From positions 17,301 through 81,300 of the IMG/VR virus record IMGVR_UViG_3300044678_002996: DNA of 64,000 nucleotides. The stretch is one strand, 5' to 3'. Position numbers and translations under genes: made by a program. This document shows positions 1 through 9,266 of the stretch, in pieces. The stretch is from a virus (lineage: Duplodnaviria; Heunggongvirae; Uroviricota; Caudoviricetes). Under the pieces are notes generated by a model. It made no database searches and had not been told where the DNA came from. It saw only the letters and a program-made list of their open reading frames with translations. How positions within the stretch are numbered: position 1 is the stretch's first letter; each line of letters begins with the position of its first letter.

Positions 1-237
1 CGTTTTTATCTATCACTACGTATTTTTGTCGAGGATCTTTAGCATTTTCATTGAATGATTTCCAAGGAAGCCAAATTTCAGAGTGGAAAGACCCTACTTC
101 GAAAGCTAAGTCCGCCCCTTCGGCATGCCCAGAGCGTAGTGTGTAACCTATCTTGTCTAGGTGTTCGGCTATGCTTATCATTTGTCTTAAAATATTGAAA
201 GGCGTCTCGCGTGAACCGATGCCAGCATAATATTTCA

Positions 238-702
238 TTATACCATTCTCCAGTTAAAGGGGTCAGACTGCCCGCCACTAGTCCGCATAGTTAATGCCTC
301 TTCGCAATTTCCACAGTATACTGCTGATCCATAGAATGGAACAGCCCGCATTGGCCACGCCGGTTCTGAGCAATATAGACACACAAACTTATTGGCGGGG
401 TGCTTGTAGTAAGTCCATTTATACGAGTCTTTTAGCTCATTAAATTCTTCTGGGGAGAATCGTTTTGTAGCGTAGGCGTCTTCTTTTTCTATAACGTCTT
501 CCAAGTCTTTTACTAACTTCTTGGCTTCGCTAAGAGCCGTGGCCGCACAATTGATCATAGCCTCTCTTTTTGAATTGCCGCAGCCGACTGTCCATAGACC
601 ATCAACTATATGGCACTTATAGACTTGGCTGATAGATCCGTGAGTTTCTTCTACAGATAGATAGTATTTTCCGACTTGCATAATCTTTCCTACATAAAAC
701 AA
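238..702 (-). CDS. dsRNA-binding-domain-like protein with C-terminal Cys-rich (Zn-ribbon-like) region
   Basis: N-terminal segment VGCGNSKREAMINCAATALSEA matches the dsRBD alpha-helix signature GxGxSKKxAKxxAAxxAL. C-terminus carries CxxC...CxxC (CLYCSEP...CGNCEE). Confidence 0.45.
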   Translation of the reverse strand: MFYVGKIMQVGKYYLSVEETHGSISQVYKCHIVDGLWTVGCGNSKREAMINCAATALSEAKKLVKDLEDVIEKEDAYATKRFSPEEFNELKDSYKWTYYKHPANKFVCLYCSEPAWPMRAVPFYGSAVYCGNCEEALTMRTSGGQSDPFNWRMV

Positions 703-820
703 AGGATTACATTAGCAACAGTATAACAAAAATACAGGGCAGCTTTTGGAAACTCTCCATAGTAACTCTCGTAGATACAAGCTAAGAATTGTATTACTGC
801 TAATGCTACCATGAATGGGT

Positions 821-1117
821 TCATTTTGATTTTGTGATTATTATCTTTGGATTTAGGACATCTTCTACGCATATTGAAAGTGAAAATTTTTCTACATTAG
901 GATGTTTGGCTTTAGCGGCCTCTATTTCTTTACCTACCTTACGGTCAACGTAAGACCATAAGTCATACTTGTGCTGTAGCCCGAAACTAGGAAGTGAACA
1001 ATATAGTGTAGCGTCGCCATACAGTTTCAAAAACTCTTTTACGTGTTCTTTTGGAATAGTCACTTCTTCTCTTATTGGCGGTGGGGCCACTTCTTTTTTC
1101 TTGAAAAATCCAAACAT
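821..1117 (-). CDS. hypothetical protein (start trimmed to internal Met MFGFFKK so it does not overlap tRNA-Gly)
   Basis: ORF-track ORF 821..1171 overlaps the tRNA at 1142..1214. The internal Met at about 1117 gives a plausible start. Confidence 0.35.
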   Translation of the reverse strand: MFGFFKKKEVAPPPIREEVTIPKEHVKEFLKLYGDATLYCSLPSFGLQHKYDLWSYVDRKVGKEIEAAKAKHPNVEKFSLSICVEDVLNPKIIITKSK

Positions 1118-1141
1118 CCTAAATCCTCCAGTTAAAGTTAG

Positions 1142-1214
1142 TGCGGTTAGACGGATTTGAACCGACAACATCCGAGGTGGAAGCCCGGCGCTCTGCCAGT
1201 TGAGCTATAACCGC
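1142..1214 (-). tRNA. tRNA-Gly (anticodon UCC)
   Basis: Reverse complement gives the cloverleaf. Acceptor is GCGGTTA/TAACCGC. Anticodon stem is CCGGG/CTCGG with loop CTTCCAC (anticodon TCC). T-loop is TTCAAAT. Length 73 nt. Confidence 0.8.
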
Positions 1215-1385
1215 GTCGTTATAGTCTATAACAAAGAATGTCTTATTCTGTGACAATTTGCACTACCACGTTGTTTTTGTTTGTAAAATTTTTCAGTCGA
1301 TTTGACAATATTGCATTGTTTACATGTTTTTTCTTTTGCGTTTATAGCCGACATATCATACTCTATAAGTAAGTTTATTATAACA

Positions 1386-1459
1386 AGCGATCTAACGGGA
1401 TCGAACCGTCGTGACACGGGATTGAAAGCCCGCCGCTATACCATACAGCTCTAGATCGC
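1386..1459 (-). tRNA. tRNA with atypical predicted 8-nt anticodon loop (CUUUCAAU); identity uncertain (UUC-Glu-like or UCA)
   Basis: Perfect 7-bp acceptor GCGATCT/AGATCGC. D-loop contains GG. T-arm is GACGG-TTCGATC-CCGTT. Only the stem GCGGG/CCCGU pairs consistently, leaving an 8-nt loop. Confidence 0.65.
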
Positions 1460-1690
1460 AAAGGGATGATATAGTGCGTTGCAAAATATACAACTTGTCT
1501 CGATGTAGTTAATCACGTTAATCAACTAGTCGTCTATCACTATATTCCCATCACCCCTCAGGTCGCTCAGTAACTAGATGTTAGTTAAAATATCCCGGAA
1601 TCCTCGGGGCAAGGTGCGCCTTGTATAGGCGTGCTAGGGAATGCCTAATATTTTGGAAACATTTTAATCACTGCCCTCAATGAGAGTGAA

Positions 1691-1793
1691 CCGGCGTGGT
1701 AGGGGTTGAACCTACATATTACTTTGGGTTAAGTACTTTCCCATTTCATCTCGACTTTGGTGGTCGATGCGTTTACTATTTCGCCACACGCCA
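1691..1793 (-). tRNA. atypical tRNA-like gene (about 103 nt) with a roughly 35-nt extra arm; anticodon loop CACCAAA (CCA, Trp-like, A33)
   Basis: Acceptor TGGCGTG/CACGCCG (7 bp, U1-G72). D-arm GCGA...ACGC. Anticodon stem TCGAC/GTCGA. Canonical T-arm GTAGG-TTCAACC-CCTAC. Insertion lies between the anticodon and T arms. Confidence 0.4.
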
Positions 1794-1817
1794 AATTGCC
1801 CTTTCGGGCGGAAACCT

Positions 1818-2144
1818 CTAAGTTTTTAGCCAGTCTTGTACGTCCTGTAGACTAACAATATTTGTGGAGCCCCATATGAATGTTGAAATCTTACTATGTA
1901 ATCTCTTAACATCAAGTGGCTTTTCAGTCACCTCAGCGCTAGATTTAGGGCGGCCCTTTAGGAACGCCATAGCCAAATTAGCTAATCTAGCTTCAGGGCG
2001 AACCTTAAGCATACGGTGATAATGTAGGTTGTTTTTCGCCCCAACATCATTTGTCCGCCTAATTTCTTTCCTGATTATACCAGCTTCCGCCGCCAAAGAT
2101 TTGATGTTAACTCTTGCTCTTTTTATTGCCATTTTGTACTTCAT
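1818..2144 (-). CDS. hypothetical basic protein
   Basis: 108-aa ORF that follows the tRNA cluster. Confidence 0.4.
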   Translation of the reverse strand: MKYKMAIKRARVNIKSLAAEAGIIRKEIRRTNDVGAKNNLHYHRMLKVRPEARLANLAMAFLKGRPKSSAEVTEKPLDVKRLHSKISTFIWGSTNIVSLQDVQDWLKT

Positions 2145-2249
2145 TGTATTTACCCTTTTGAAAAATTGAAGAAAGAAAGAACTTAAACTATCTTCAATTA
2201 GGGCGGCGATTTATTGCATTCACATGAACTGCTTCATATTAATATCCTT

Positions 2250-2441
2250 TCATTTGTAAAGTTCTATTGGGACTTTGTATGTATGCTTGATATCTACGAC
2301 AATCAGTTTTGTAATGTTTGGCATTTCTTCGAGAAATTTACGCACGGCGTCTTCTAGGGTTGATTCATCCGCGTCTACAAAACTAAATCCCTCGGGGTTA
2401 GATGGGTAGTTTGCTTCGTACATGAAAATATACTTATTCAT
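2250..2441 (-). CDS. hypothetical protein
   Basis: 63-aa ORF, co-directional with neighbours. Confidence 0.3.
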   Translation of the reverse strand: MNKYIFMYEANYPSNPEGFSFVDADESTLEDAVRKFLEEMPNITKLIVVDIKHTYKVPIELYK

Positions 2442-2647
2442 ACGTTACAGCACCATGAGCCATCGCAATCCTCTTCGGTATTACTCCAACCCAGCTCCTC
2501 TAAAATACTCACATCTTCTTCCGATACATCTACATCTGTCTCGAACATATAGATGATATCGTGTTCCGCCGAGCAGACGTACTGGTTATCACTGTTATAA
2601 TACTTCTGCAGAATTTGCATACCTTTGATGATATTTGATGTTTTCAT
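2438..2647 (-). CDS. hypothetical acidic protein
   Basis: 69-aa ORF with a 4-nt overlap onto the downstream gene (translational coupling). Confidence 0.3.
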   Translation of the reverse strand: MKTSNIIKGMQILQKYYNSDNQYVCSAEHDIIYMFETDVDVSEEDVSILEELGWSNTEEDCDGSWCCNV

Positions 2648-2778
2648 TTTACTCTTTCTTTTCTGGCCCCGGTGGCTTTATATCATAAATCTTTTCGTAT
2701 TCGCGTTGTTCTTTTTTAGCTAGGTAATAATACCTGCAATTTAGACATACTATCTTGGGGCTGAGAAATGCCCAATCT

Positions 2779-3219
2779 TCAGTTGTTTTGCAGTATGGGC
2801 AAACTTTTACCATCTAAAACCTGTCTTCCATGGGTCATTTTAACAGTGTCGCCGTCTGGTGTGACCTCATACCAAATATCTTCCCACGGGCCCCTAAAGG
2901 TAAGGGCCCAAGTGTCACTATGAGATACAACCCTATGCACATTAGTGCGGGGTGTAAACTTAGGCCAGAAAGACGGCCCAAAATTTTTCTTTTCGCCCTG
3001 ATATTTCTCTTCAGTAACAGTGCCCCTCAGGAACCACGTCAGGGCATTAAACGCGTGGGAGTGATAGTTCTCGCGTGACCCCTTCTTGAAGTGTAGTAGC
3101 CCTATGGAGAATAACGCCTTCCACTCTATCAGGAAGTATCCCGTCACGCCAGATTCTTTTCCGCCGTCGAATTTCTTGTAGAAAAATTTCGGAATCCACC
3201 TGTGTTTAAAGAGACTCAT
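2779..3219 (-). CDS. hypothetical protein
   Basis: 146-aa ORF. Confidence 0.45.
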   Translation of the reverse strand: MSLFKHRWIPKFFYKKFDGGKESGVTGYFLIEWKALFSIGLLHFKKGSRENYHSHAFNALTWFLRGTVTEEKYQGEKKNFGPSFWPKFTPRTNVHRVVSHSDTWALTFRGPWEDIWYEVTPDGDTVKMTHGRQVLDGKSLPILQNN

Positions 3220-3397
3220 TCTTCAGCCCCATAACAACTTTCAAGACATTCCCAAGCGTTTGGTAAAGCGTCCCAAACTCCCAGAGGAGCCCCTTGGGGC
3301 ACCTCAAGAAGCAGGTAGAGACAATCCTCCCCATTTACGATACGTTCTGGCAAATTTATTCCGGCCCGCATTGTTTGATATGAAAATCTAAGTAATA

Positions 3398-3685
3398 TCA
3401 TTTTATTTCCCAGTCAAAAATACAATCACTATCAAAGTCAAGTACATCTTCAGGTGTTAGTCCAAATTTTTTCATGGCAAGAACAAATTCCTCTTTTATA
3501 AGCTTATGTCCGCCCAGATCATCTCCGTCAACATATGTACTTTCCCAAACCTCTTTCCACGTGCCAGCGTCGTCGTCAAACTTATAAATCTGCAAATAAG
3601 AATATCCGGGGTCGTAGTAATCATCCCCATAATCAGAACTGCATCCACCAGTCTGTAACTTATACTTATTCATTTTTCTCTCCAA
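3398..3685 (-). CDS. hypothetical acidic protein
   Basis: 95-aa ORF rich in D/Y/G. Confidence 0.4.
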   Translation of the reverse strand: MERKMNKYKLQTGGCSSDYGDDYYDPGYSYLQIYKFDDDAGTWKEVWESTYVDGDDLGGHKLIKEEFVLAMKKFGLTPEDVLDFDSDCIFDWEIK

Positions 3686-3694
3686 TTAAGTTAG

Positions 3695-3809
3695 TGGGCA
3701 AAGTTGGGTTCGAACCAACGAAATTTGTGGCCTCATGAGCTTATAGCCTACCACACAACAGACACTATCCGAAACCTGTTGTTTGCGTAATTCCTCTCGC
3801 CTTTTGCCC
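3695..3809 (-). tRNA. atypical tRNA-like gene (about 115 nt) with a roughly 40-nt insertion
   Basis: Perfect 7-bp acceptor GGGCAAA/TTTGCCC. D-arm GCGAGAGGAATTACGC with GG. Canonical T-arm GTTGG-TTCGAAC-CCAAC. Internal stem CAACAG/CTGTTG carries a 14-nt loop. Confidence 0.4.
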
Positions 3810-3991
3810 GTATGCGGTGTGTGAGACGCATCCCTCTTAGATCACTCGTGAGTCACCAACTGTTAGTGGCACCACAAAGCATCACCCGCACTTTCGTTAA
3901 ACATAATTAGGCCCTCTTATACCACATCATACTTCTGATGAAATTAAGAATGGCGTGAAAAGCTATACACACCCCTAGAAAATACATTGCA

Positions 3992-4468
3992 TTACTCATA
4001 TTTCTTGTAAACCCCGTCTGAGCATAACAGAAACATACCCTCGAAAGAAGAAAAATATCCTAGCCAATCTGCGTGGAACCTATCGCTACCAACAAGTTTT
4101 ACCAATTCTTTATAGTCTTGATCAAACTTATTTGTTACATCTCTTTTACAGTATTTGGGCTCAAACTGTAGTCTAAGGACCAACGATGCCACTTGGTCAG
4201 CTTTTTCTTTGCAAAACGGCCCTATATATTGGACATATCCATCCGTCCGCCCAAAGGTTCCCCCATCGCCATAGATAACCGCAAGCACGTAGGACTTATC
4301 CCCAACGGAACCAAACGTTCCATCGGGGTAATCCATCTTCTTCTCAGAGATATCAAACCAGTGATCGTAATGCTCTTCGTGGCTGAAGCCGCTGTACTCT
4401 GTGCCATCGCCTTCATCATGGTCACTACCTTGGCGAGTTTTGTAGTTACACTTTACATAGAATGTCAT
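3992..4468 (-). CDS. hypothetical protein
   Basis: 158-aa ORF. Confidence 0.45.
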   Translation of the reverse strand: MTFYVKCNYKTRQGSDHDEGDGTEYSGFSHEEHYDHWFDISEKKMDYPDGTFGSVGDKSYVLAVIYGDGGTFGRTDGYVQYIGPFCKEKADQVASLVLRLQFEPKYCKRDVTNKFDQDYKELVKLVGSDRFHADWLGYFSSFEGMFLLCSDGVYKKYE

Positions 4469-4472
4469 ATTA

Positions 4473-4967
4473 CTATCCTGAATAAGGGTTATTATAACCT
4501 ACGTCACAACCACAATCTCCCGTGCCAAATGAAAAGCCTCTTGGCGTTCCGCAGCACGGGCATTTTGGCGAATTCTCTTTGTATACTTTCCAGTATTTTT
4601 CTCTAGAGAGACCCCAAAGTCTATACTCTGTTTCATAAAATTCATTAGTCCCTGTACCACATTTATTGTCTGGGTGTTTGTGATATTTAGAACCTAATAG
4701 TTTGATGTCAATCTTATTACTTTGTCGTGGCCTAGCCGCAGAAAACTTGCTACAAACATGAAGTGTTTGATGATTATGCGTAAATATTTCATCATATAGA
4801 CGCCACTTGCCCTTATGATCTTTGTGCCAGTATAATCCACCTTTGCCGCAGAATTTACAGCTTTTTGATGATGGCCCAATGTTTTCTCTATGATCATATC
4901 CTACATCGTAGTTATCATCATATTCTTCGCCAAAGAAACCATCACCATTTAAGCCACCGTAAAACAT
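4473..4967 (-). CDS. hypothetical Cys/His-rich protein (possible metal-binding)
   Basis: CKFCGKGG...HVC and CPCCG...CGCD clusters. Confidence 0.45.
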   Translation of the reverse strand: MFYGGLNGDGFFGEEYDDNYDVGYDHRENIGPSSKSCKFCGKGGLYWHKDHKGKWRLYDEIFTHNHQTLHVCSKFSAARPRQSNKIDIKLLGSKYHKHPDNKCGTGTNEFYETEYRLWGLSREKYWKVYKENSPKCPCCGTPRGFSFGTGDCGCDVGYNNPYSG

Positions 4968-4972
4968 TTTGT

Positions 4973-6619
4973 TTATCCTTCACAACTCTTACACTCGTTA
5001 ATAGATCTACTCAAAGCTAAGGCTGGGTTGACGCCCTTCTGATAGTAAAATCCCTTAACTCCATTTTCCCACCCGAAGATAAGTAATTGACTTACATCCT
5101 TAGGGGGCGTTTTAGGGTGAATCATCAAGTTAAGGCTTTGGCCCTGATCAATATATTTTTGTCGTTGGGCCGCCAATATAACAACTTCCTTCTGGGAAAT
5201 TTCCCCGAATGTCTTGAACACATTTTTATCATGTTCATCCAAGAAGTCTAGATGTTGTACAGACCCACCGTTAGTTAGGATAGACCGCCAAGTTTCCTCA
5301 TTGTCCTTACTTTTTTCAGCAAGTAATTTCTTAAGGTAAGGGTTTTTGTAGGTGAAGCTGCCCTTTGCCAATTTTTTAACAAAGAAGTTCGAGTCAATGG
5401 GTTCAATGGTTTCACTGACTTGGCCCAAAATAAATGCACTTGATTTAGTTGGGGCAACTGCCATTCTTGTAGCCATTCTTTCGCCTGTTCCCACCATTAA
5501 CTCAGGTTCGCCGTACAACTCAGCCAACTCTTTGGACGCTTCCAGCGTCTGTTGATTAAGTGTCTTGAAAATTTCACCATTAAGATGTTTAGCTTCCATA
5601 CTCTCAAAAGCAATATTCTTACTTTGAAGTAGAGAGTGCCAGCCCAAAACCCCCAAACCTACTGCCCGCTGTCTCTTGGCAAAGTTGTGGGCCGCTGCCA
5701 TATACTTCAGGCCTACAGTCTTATTAATGTACTCGGTAGTCACCGTATCCAAGAAATAAGTCAGAACCTTAACAGCGTCTGTGTCTTTCCACTCATCATA
5801 ATGCAGTAGATTCATCGAGGACAGAACGCAGACAAATGATTCGTCGTCTGTGGCGGACAGATGTATTTCATTACAGAGGTTGCTGGCATGAATACGCTTG
5901 CCCTTGTTCTTATAAACCAGTGGGGCGTTGTTGTTAGAAGTGTCGCTGAAGAATAAGTAGGGATACCCACTCTCAAATCGCTTCTTGATGATCGCCCCCC
6001 AAACTCTGATTTTTTCTTTATCCTTATTCAGTAGTCCTCGCATCCATTCGTCGGAGATACAAACCCCAATAGAGAGATCCTGAATTGGGTTGCCCTCACT
6101 TCGGATTTTAAGGAACTCAAGAATATCTGGATGTTCTACGGGCAGATAGACAGCCATAGATCCCCGCCTAATATTAGACTGAGAAATTACAGAAGTCATC
6201 TTATCAAATAATTCCATGAAGTGTACTGGCCCACTGGACTCTCCACCACTTGAAATCTTCGCCCCACGGGCACGTAAGTCCCCAAAGTAGGCTGACGTTC
6301 CAGCCCCGTACTTCGTCATAAAACCTGTCTCAGCCACCTTGCTGAGAATAGAATCCATTGTGTCATTGATGTAACTTCCGTTACAAGAACACGGTAAACC
6401 TCTATCCAGCCCATAGTTCGCCCATACTGGTGAGCTTAAGGAAAACCATCCTCTACTCATGTATTCTTCGAACTTCGTCGCGTAACCCTCTATATTGAGA
6501 TATTTCTCTGCTGTTTTTGCAATTTCCAGAATTCTTTCTTCAGCAGTTTGGTCTTCGCGGACGTAGCCCCGAGAAAGGAATTCGCGTGATTTTTGATTTA
6601 GCCAGTAGTACTTATTCAT
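4973..6619 (-). CDS. nrdA: ribonucleotide reductase class I large (alpha) subunit, class Ib (NrdE)-like, N-terminally short
   Basis: Active-site NLCNEI motif. SGYPYLFFSDT and AVYLPVEHPDILEFL align to NrdE/NrdA core blocks. C-terminal CxxC tail (CKSCEG). No ATP-cone region present. Confidence 0.9.
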   Translation of the reverse strand: MNKYYWLNQKSREFLSRGYVREDQTAEERILEIAKTAEKYLNIEGYATKFEEYMSRGWFSLSSPVWANYGLDRGLPCSCNGSYINDTMDSILSKVAETGFMTKYGAGTSAYFGDLRARGAKISSGGESSGPVHFMELFDKMTSVISQSNIRRGSMAVYLPVEHPDILEFLKIRSEGNPIQDLSIGVCISDEWMRGLLNKDKEKIRVWGAIIKKRFESGYPYLFFSDTSNNNAPLVYKNKGKRIHASNLCNEIHLSATDDESFVCVLSSMNLLHYDEWKDTDAVKVLTYFLDTVTTEYINKTVGLKYMAAAHNFAKRQRAVGLGVLGWHSLLQSKNIAFESMEAKHLNGEIFKTLNQQTLEASKELAELYGEPELMVGTGERMATRMAVAPTKSSAFILGQVSETIEPIDSNFFVKKLAKGSFTYKNPYLKKLLAEKSKDNEETWRSILTNGGSVQHLDFLDEHDKNVFKTFGEISQKEVVILAAQRQKYIDQGQSLNLMIHPKTPPKDVSQLLIFGWENGVKGFYYQKGVNPALALSRSINECKSCEG

Positions 6620-7107
6620 TAAATTGAGTATTCCAGTGATGTTAGTTTGAATTTGATAAATTTGTTGTAGTCAACAATATCATAATTTTCAGTGTTATTA
6701 AATTTACAGTTGTTTTCAAACCAATTAATAATATCAGGCTTATTTAGAAAGCCCAAGCAACCGAAATTAAACCCAATCGACTCGAAGTTAAAAATGTAAT
6801 TTTGTTTTGAACGAATCGATAATTTACATATCGACGGAAAACTTGGAAATATAGTAGTCACACCAGTTTGTTGATCATAATTCTTTTTACGCATGGTGGC
6901 GTCTTCGAACTTTATTTCTATTTGGTAATCATGATCATATTCTATCTCAAAATTACCTTGTACAAAATCAGTATATTCCTCCTCAGAGAAATTTAGAAAT
7001 TTAGATAAAGGTATTTCAATTGAAAGATTATTATGCCATTTTTCAGTCAACTCATTAATTTTTGTGTATCTCTCAAGAGAAAGTTTTAGCATTAGATTAT
7101 ATCCCAC
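6619..7107 (-). CDS. hypothetical AT-rich ORFan inserted between nrdB and nrdA
   Basis: 162-aa ORF rich in N/K/F/I. No RNR similarity. Confidence 0.4.
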   Translation of the reverse strand: MGYNLMLKLSLERYTKINELTEKWHNNLSIEIPLSKFLNFSEEEYTDFVQGNFEIEYDHDYQIEIKFEDATMRKKNYDQQTGVTTIFPSFPSICKLSIRSKQNYIFNFESIGFNFGCLGFLNKPDIINWFENNCKFNNTENYDIVDYNKFIKFKLTSLEYSI

Positions 7108-7270
7108 TTAATTGGATTAACAATATTACAATTTTTACATGTTATTGATAAAATCATGACACCTGACGTCATCCATACATTTTCGTGTCCACAAGAACAC
7201 GTAGTTATAAATGTCGGGACGTGTCCCTTTAATTTCTCGACATAAGTATTTTTTACTTGTTTGGTACTCA

Positions 7271-8242
7271 TTAAATGAGATCCCCTTCGTCAATTGTAAT
7301 ATTCTTTGCGTAATCTGTCGGGCGTTGGAAAAAGAAATCAGTTGAGTTATTACCGAGTGTGTCTTCATCCATCCACTCGAAATCGCGTCTAGCATTCACA
7401 TCAATCTCAAAGATTTGCCTAAATCCAATTTGATAAAGTGAATCATTAATACGGGACTTTACATACTCTTTCAGAATGTGAGCTGAGATACGTTTATCAG
7501 ACCAATCGCCCACAATCCAATCAATGATCTTAGATTCTGCTAAGAATGCCTGCTCCGCCTCATGCAGGATCTTATCCTCAAGCTCTGAATCAAACAACTC
7601 TGGAATCTCCGCCCGAATTGTATTGATCAGTTTAATTCCCACCTTAGCGTGGATGTCTTCTTCTCTCTTTGTATAATTAACCTGTTGGGCGGTGTCTTTA
7701 AGGACGTTGCGATATCGCTCAAACCATAGTACGACATAGAACTGGGAAAACAATGACACATTCTCTACAAAAAGTGTAAATAGTGCCAAAGCGTACACAT
7801 ACTGCTTCTTAGAGTCCTTGTAGTACTTGTGATTATGTTTTTTTAGATAAGCGATGCGGCCCTTTACAACATCCTCCTTGAGATTGTTCTCAAAGATGTG
7901 GCTAAGGTCCAGCTCCTCAAGAAGTCTCTCATAAGCGTTATTATGAATTACTTCTATGTTAGCCATCGTAATACCAAGATCGTAGAGAGACGGGTGGGGT
8001 AGGTTTTCCCCAAGTCTCGCCCAAAACTTCTTTACATCAATTTCAATCTGCCCAATAGCAGACAGAGTTCGCATGATAATCCCACGCTCTTCTTCTGTCA
8101 TTGAAACACGGAAGTCTTGCTTGTCGCCCGAAAATGTAAACTCTGAATCACTCCATTGGCCGTCGTGCATCGCTTTGATGAATTCCTTGGTCCAAGGGTA
8201 TTGATTAGGCTTGCGGGCAATTTGTTCGTCAAATATTGTCAT
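7271..8242 (-). CDS. nrdB: ribonucleotide reductase class I small (beta) subunit
   Basis: Ferritin-like di-iron motifs EVIHNNAYE and EEDIHAKVG. Length 323 aa. Confidence 0.9.
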   Translation of the reverse strand: MTIFDEQIARKPNQYPWTKEFIKAMHDGQWSDSEFTFSGDKQDFRVSMTEEERGIIMRTLSAIGQIEIDVKKFWARLGENLPHPSLYDLGITMANIEVIHNNAYERLLEELDLSHIFENNLKEDVVKGRIAYLKKHNHKYYKDSKKQYVYALALFTLFVENVSLFSQFYVVLWFERYRNVLKDTAQQVNYTKREEDIHAKVGIKLINTIRAEIPELFDSELEDKILHEAEQAFLAESKIIDWIVGDWSDKRISAHILKEYVKSRINDSLYQIGFRQIFEIDVNARRDFEWMDEDTLGNNSTDFFFQRPTDYAKNITIDEGDLI

Positions 8243-8322
8243 TTAGGTTCTTTTCATTTATAAATCTTTCTTTAGTGGAAACCGTTAAATATAGGGCGAA
8301 AACAAAATACAGGTGCCATTAA

Positions 8323-8526
8323 CTATCGTGATTCTAATTCGTCGCGTATCTCAAAAATTTCTGTTGACTGTAATCTTACAGCTTTATAAATAGTATAATC
8401 TTTAATCATGCGGCCCCAAAGATAAATACCTACATCTTTCGCAGAGTCAGTTGAAAGGATAGGCTTTTCTTTGTCTTTTGGGACTATTAAGTAACAGTCT
8501 GACGCTCTAGTGTTTTCACTGACCAT
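8323..8526 (-). CDS. hypothetical protein
   Basis: 67-aa ORF. Confidence 0.3.
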   Translation of the reverse strand: MVSENTRASDCYLIVPKDKEKPILSTDSAKDVGIYLWGRMIKDYTIYKAVRLQSTEIFEIRDELESR

Positions 8527-8710
8527 CTTCTTTATCCTTCATTTCTAAGATCAATGTTATTACATTATCAAGCTCTACATATTCTCCATCAGGATCTGGA
8601 CCGCCGCACCTGACGTCATAACTGCGGGGCCACCCCTCTCGTCCAAGCTCATATCTTTGAAGGGATTTGAGTCTATCTATCAATTCTTCGTAGCAATCTT
8701 TAAGCTTCAT
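8516..8710 (-). CDS. hypothetical protein
   Basis: 64-aa ORF overlapping its neighbours by a few nt. Confidence 0.3.
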   Translation of the reverse strand: MKLKDCYEELIDRLKSLQRYELGREGWPRSYDVRCGGPDPDGEYVELDNVITLILEMKDKEDGQ

Positions 8711-9266
8711 CTTTTTCCATTTCTAGCATAATCCTGCTTACACAGAATCTATCTGCTAAAATAGTTTTGTGTGATATCCCCATATCCCTAAGCATCTCTT
8801 TCATCTCGATATCACAAGACATAGCTTGCTCTTCATTTTGATATCGCCCAGATCCACTGTAAGGCTTAGCCCGACGTAGGTAGAAGTGATCGATCTTATA
8901 GCCATTTTCTTGGCAAATACCATGATGATTTTTCAACATGCTTAAAGAAGTATTGAACTTCTGCTCAAACTTATCATATTTCATGCCATAGAAATGTGTG
9001 AGTATTAGCGGTGAATCTGTGATAATGAAATCAAGATTATTGGCCATATAAATTCTCTCTTTGCGGGCCATTTTAGCAAAGATATAAGACTGATCTCCGT
9101 CTGCCGGATGGATATTATTCCACGCCCAGTCTTTGATATATTCTCTATTCATTTCGCATTCATATCCGTCCAATTTGAGTTGGTAGAATAAGCCAGCGCA
9201 CGCAGTACTTTTACCACAACCGGGTCCGCCGTACAAACAAATTATTCGCTTAGTCTTTAGTTTCAT
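8700..9266 (-). CDS. P-loop NTPase, putative nucleotide/nucleoside kinase
   Basis: Walker A ICLYGGPGCGKST near the N-terminus. Length 188 aa. Confidence 0.55.
   Translation of the reverse strand: MKLKTKRIICLYGGPGCGKSTACAGLFYQLKLDGYECEMNREYIKDWAWNNIHPADGDQSYIFAKMARKERIYMANNLDFIITDSPLILTHFYGMKYDKFEQKFNTSLSMLKNHHGICQENGYKIDHFYLRRAKPYSGSGRYQNEEQAMSCDIEMKEMLRDMGISHKTILADRFCVSRIMLEMEKDEA

Noticed and set aside
1460-1690. Additional tRNA in the 230-nt gap between the second and third tRNA-like genes
   Set aside because: No GGTTCGA-type T-arm or paired acceptor ends were found on either strand.
4193-4606. 137-aa plus-strand ORF
   Set aside because: Antisense overlap with the minus ORFs 3992..4468 and 4473..4967. 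It is hydrophobic and low-complexity.
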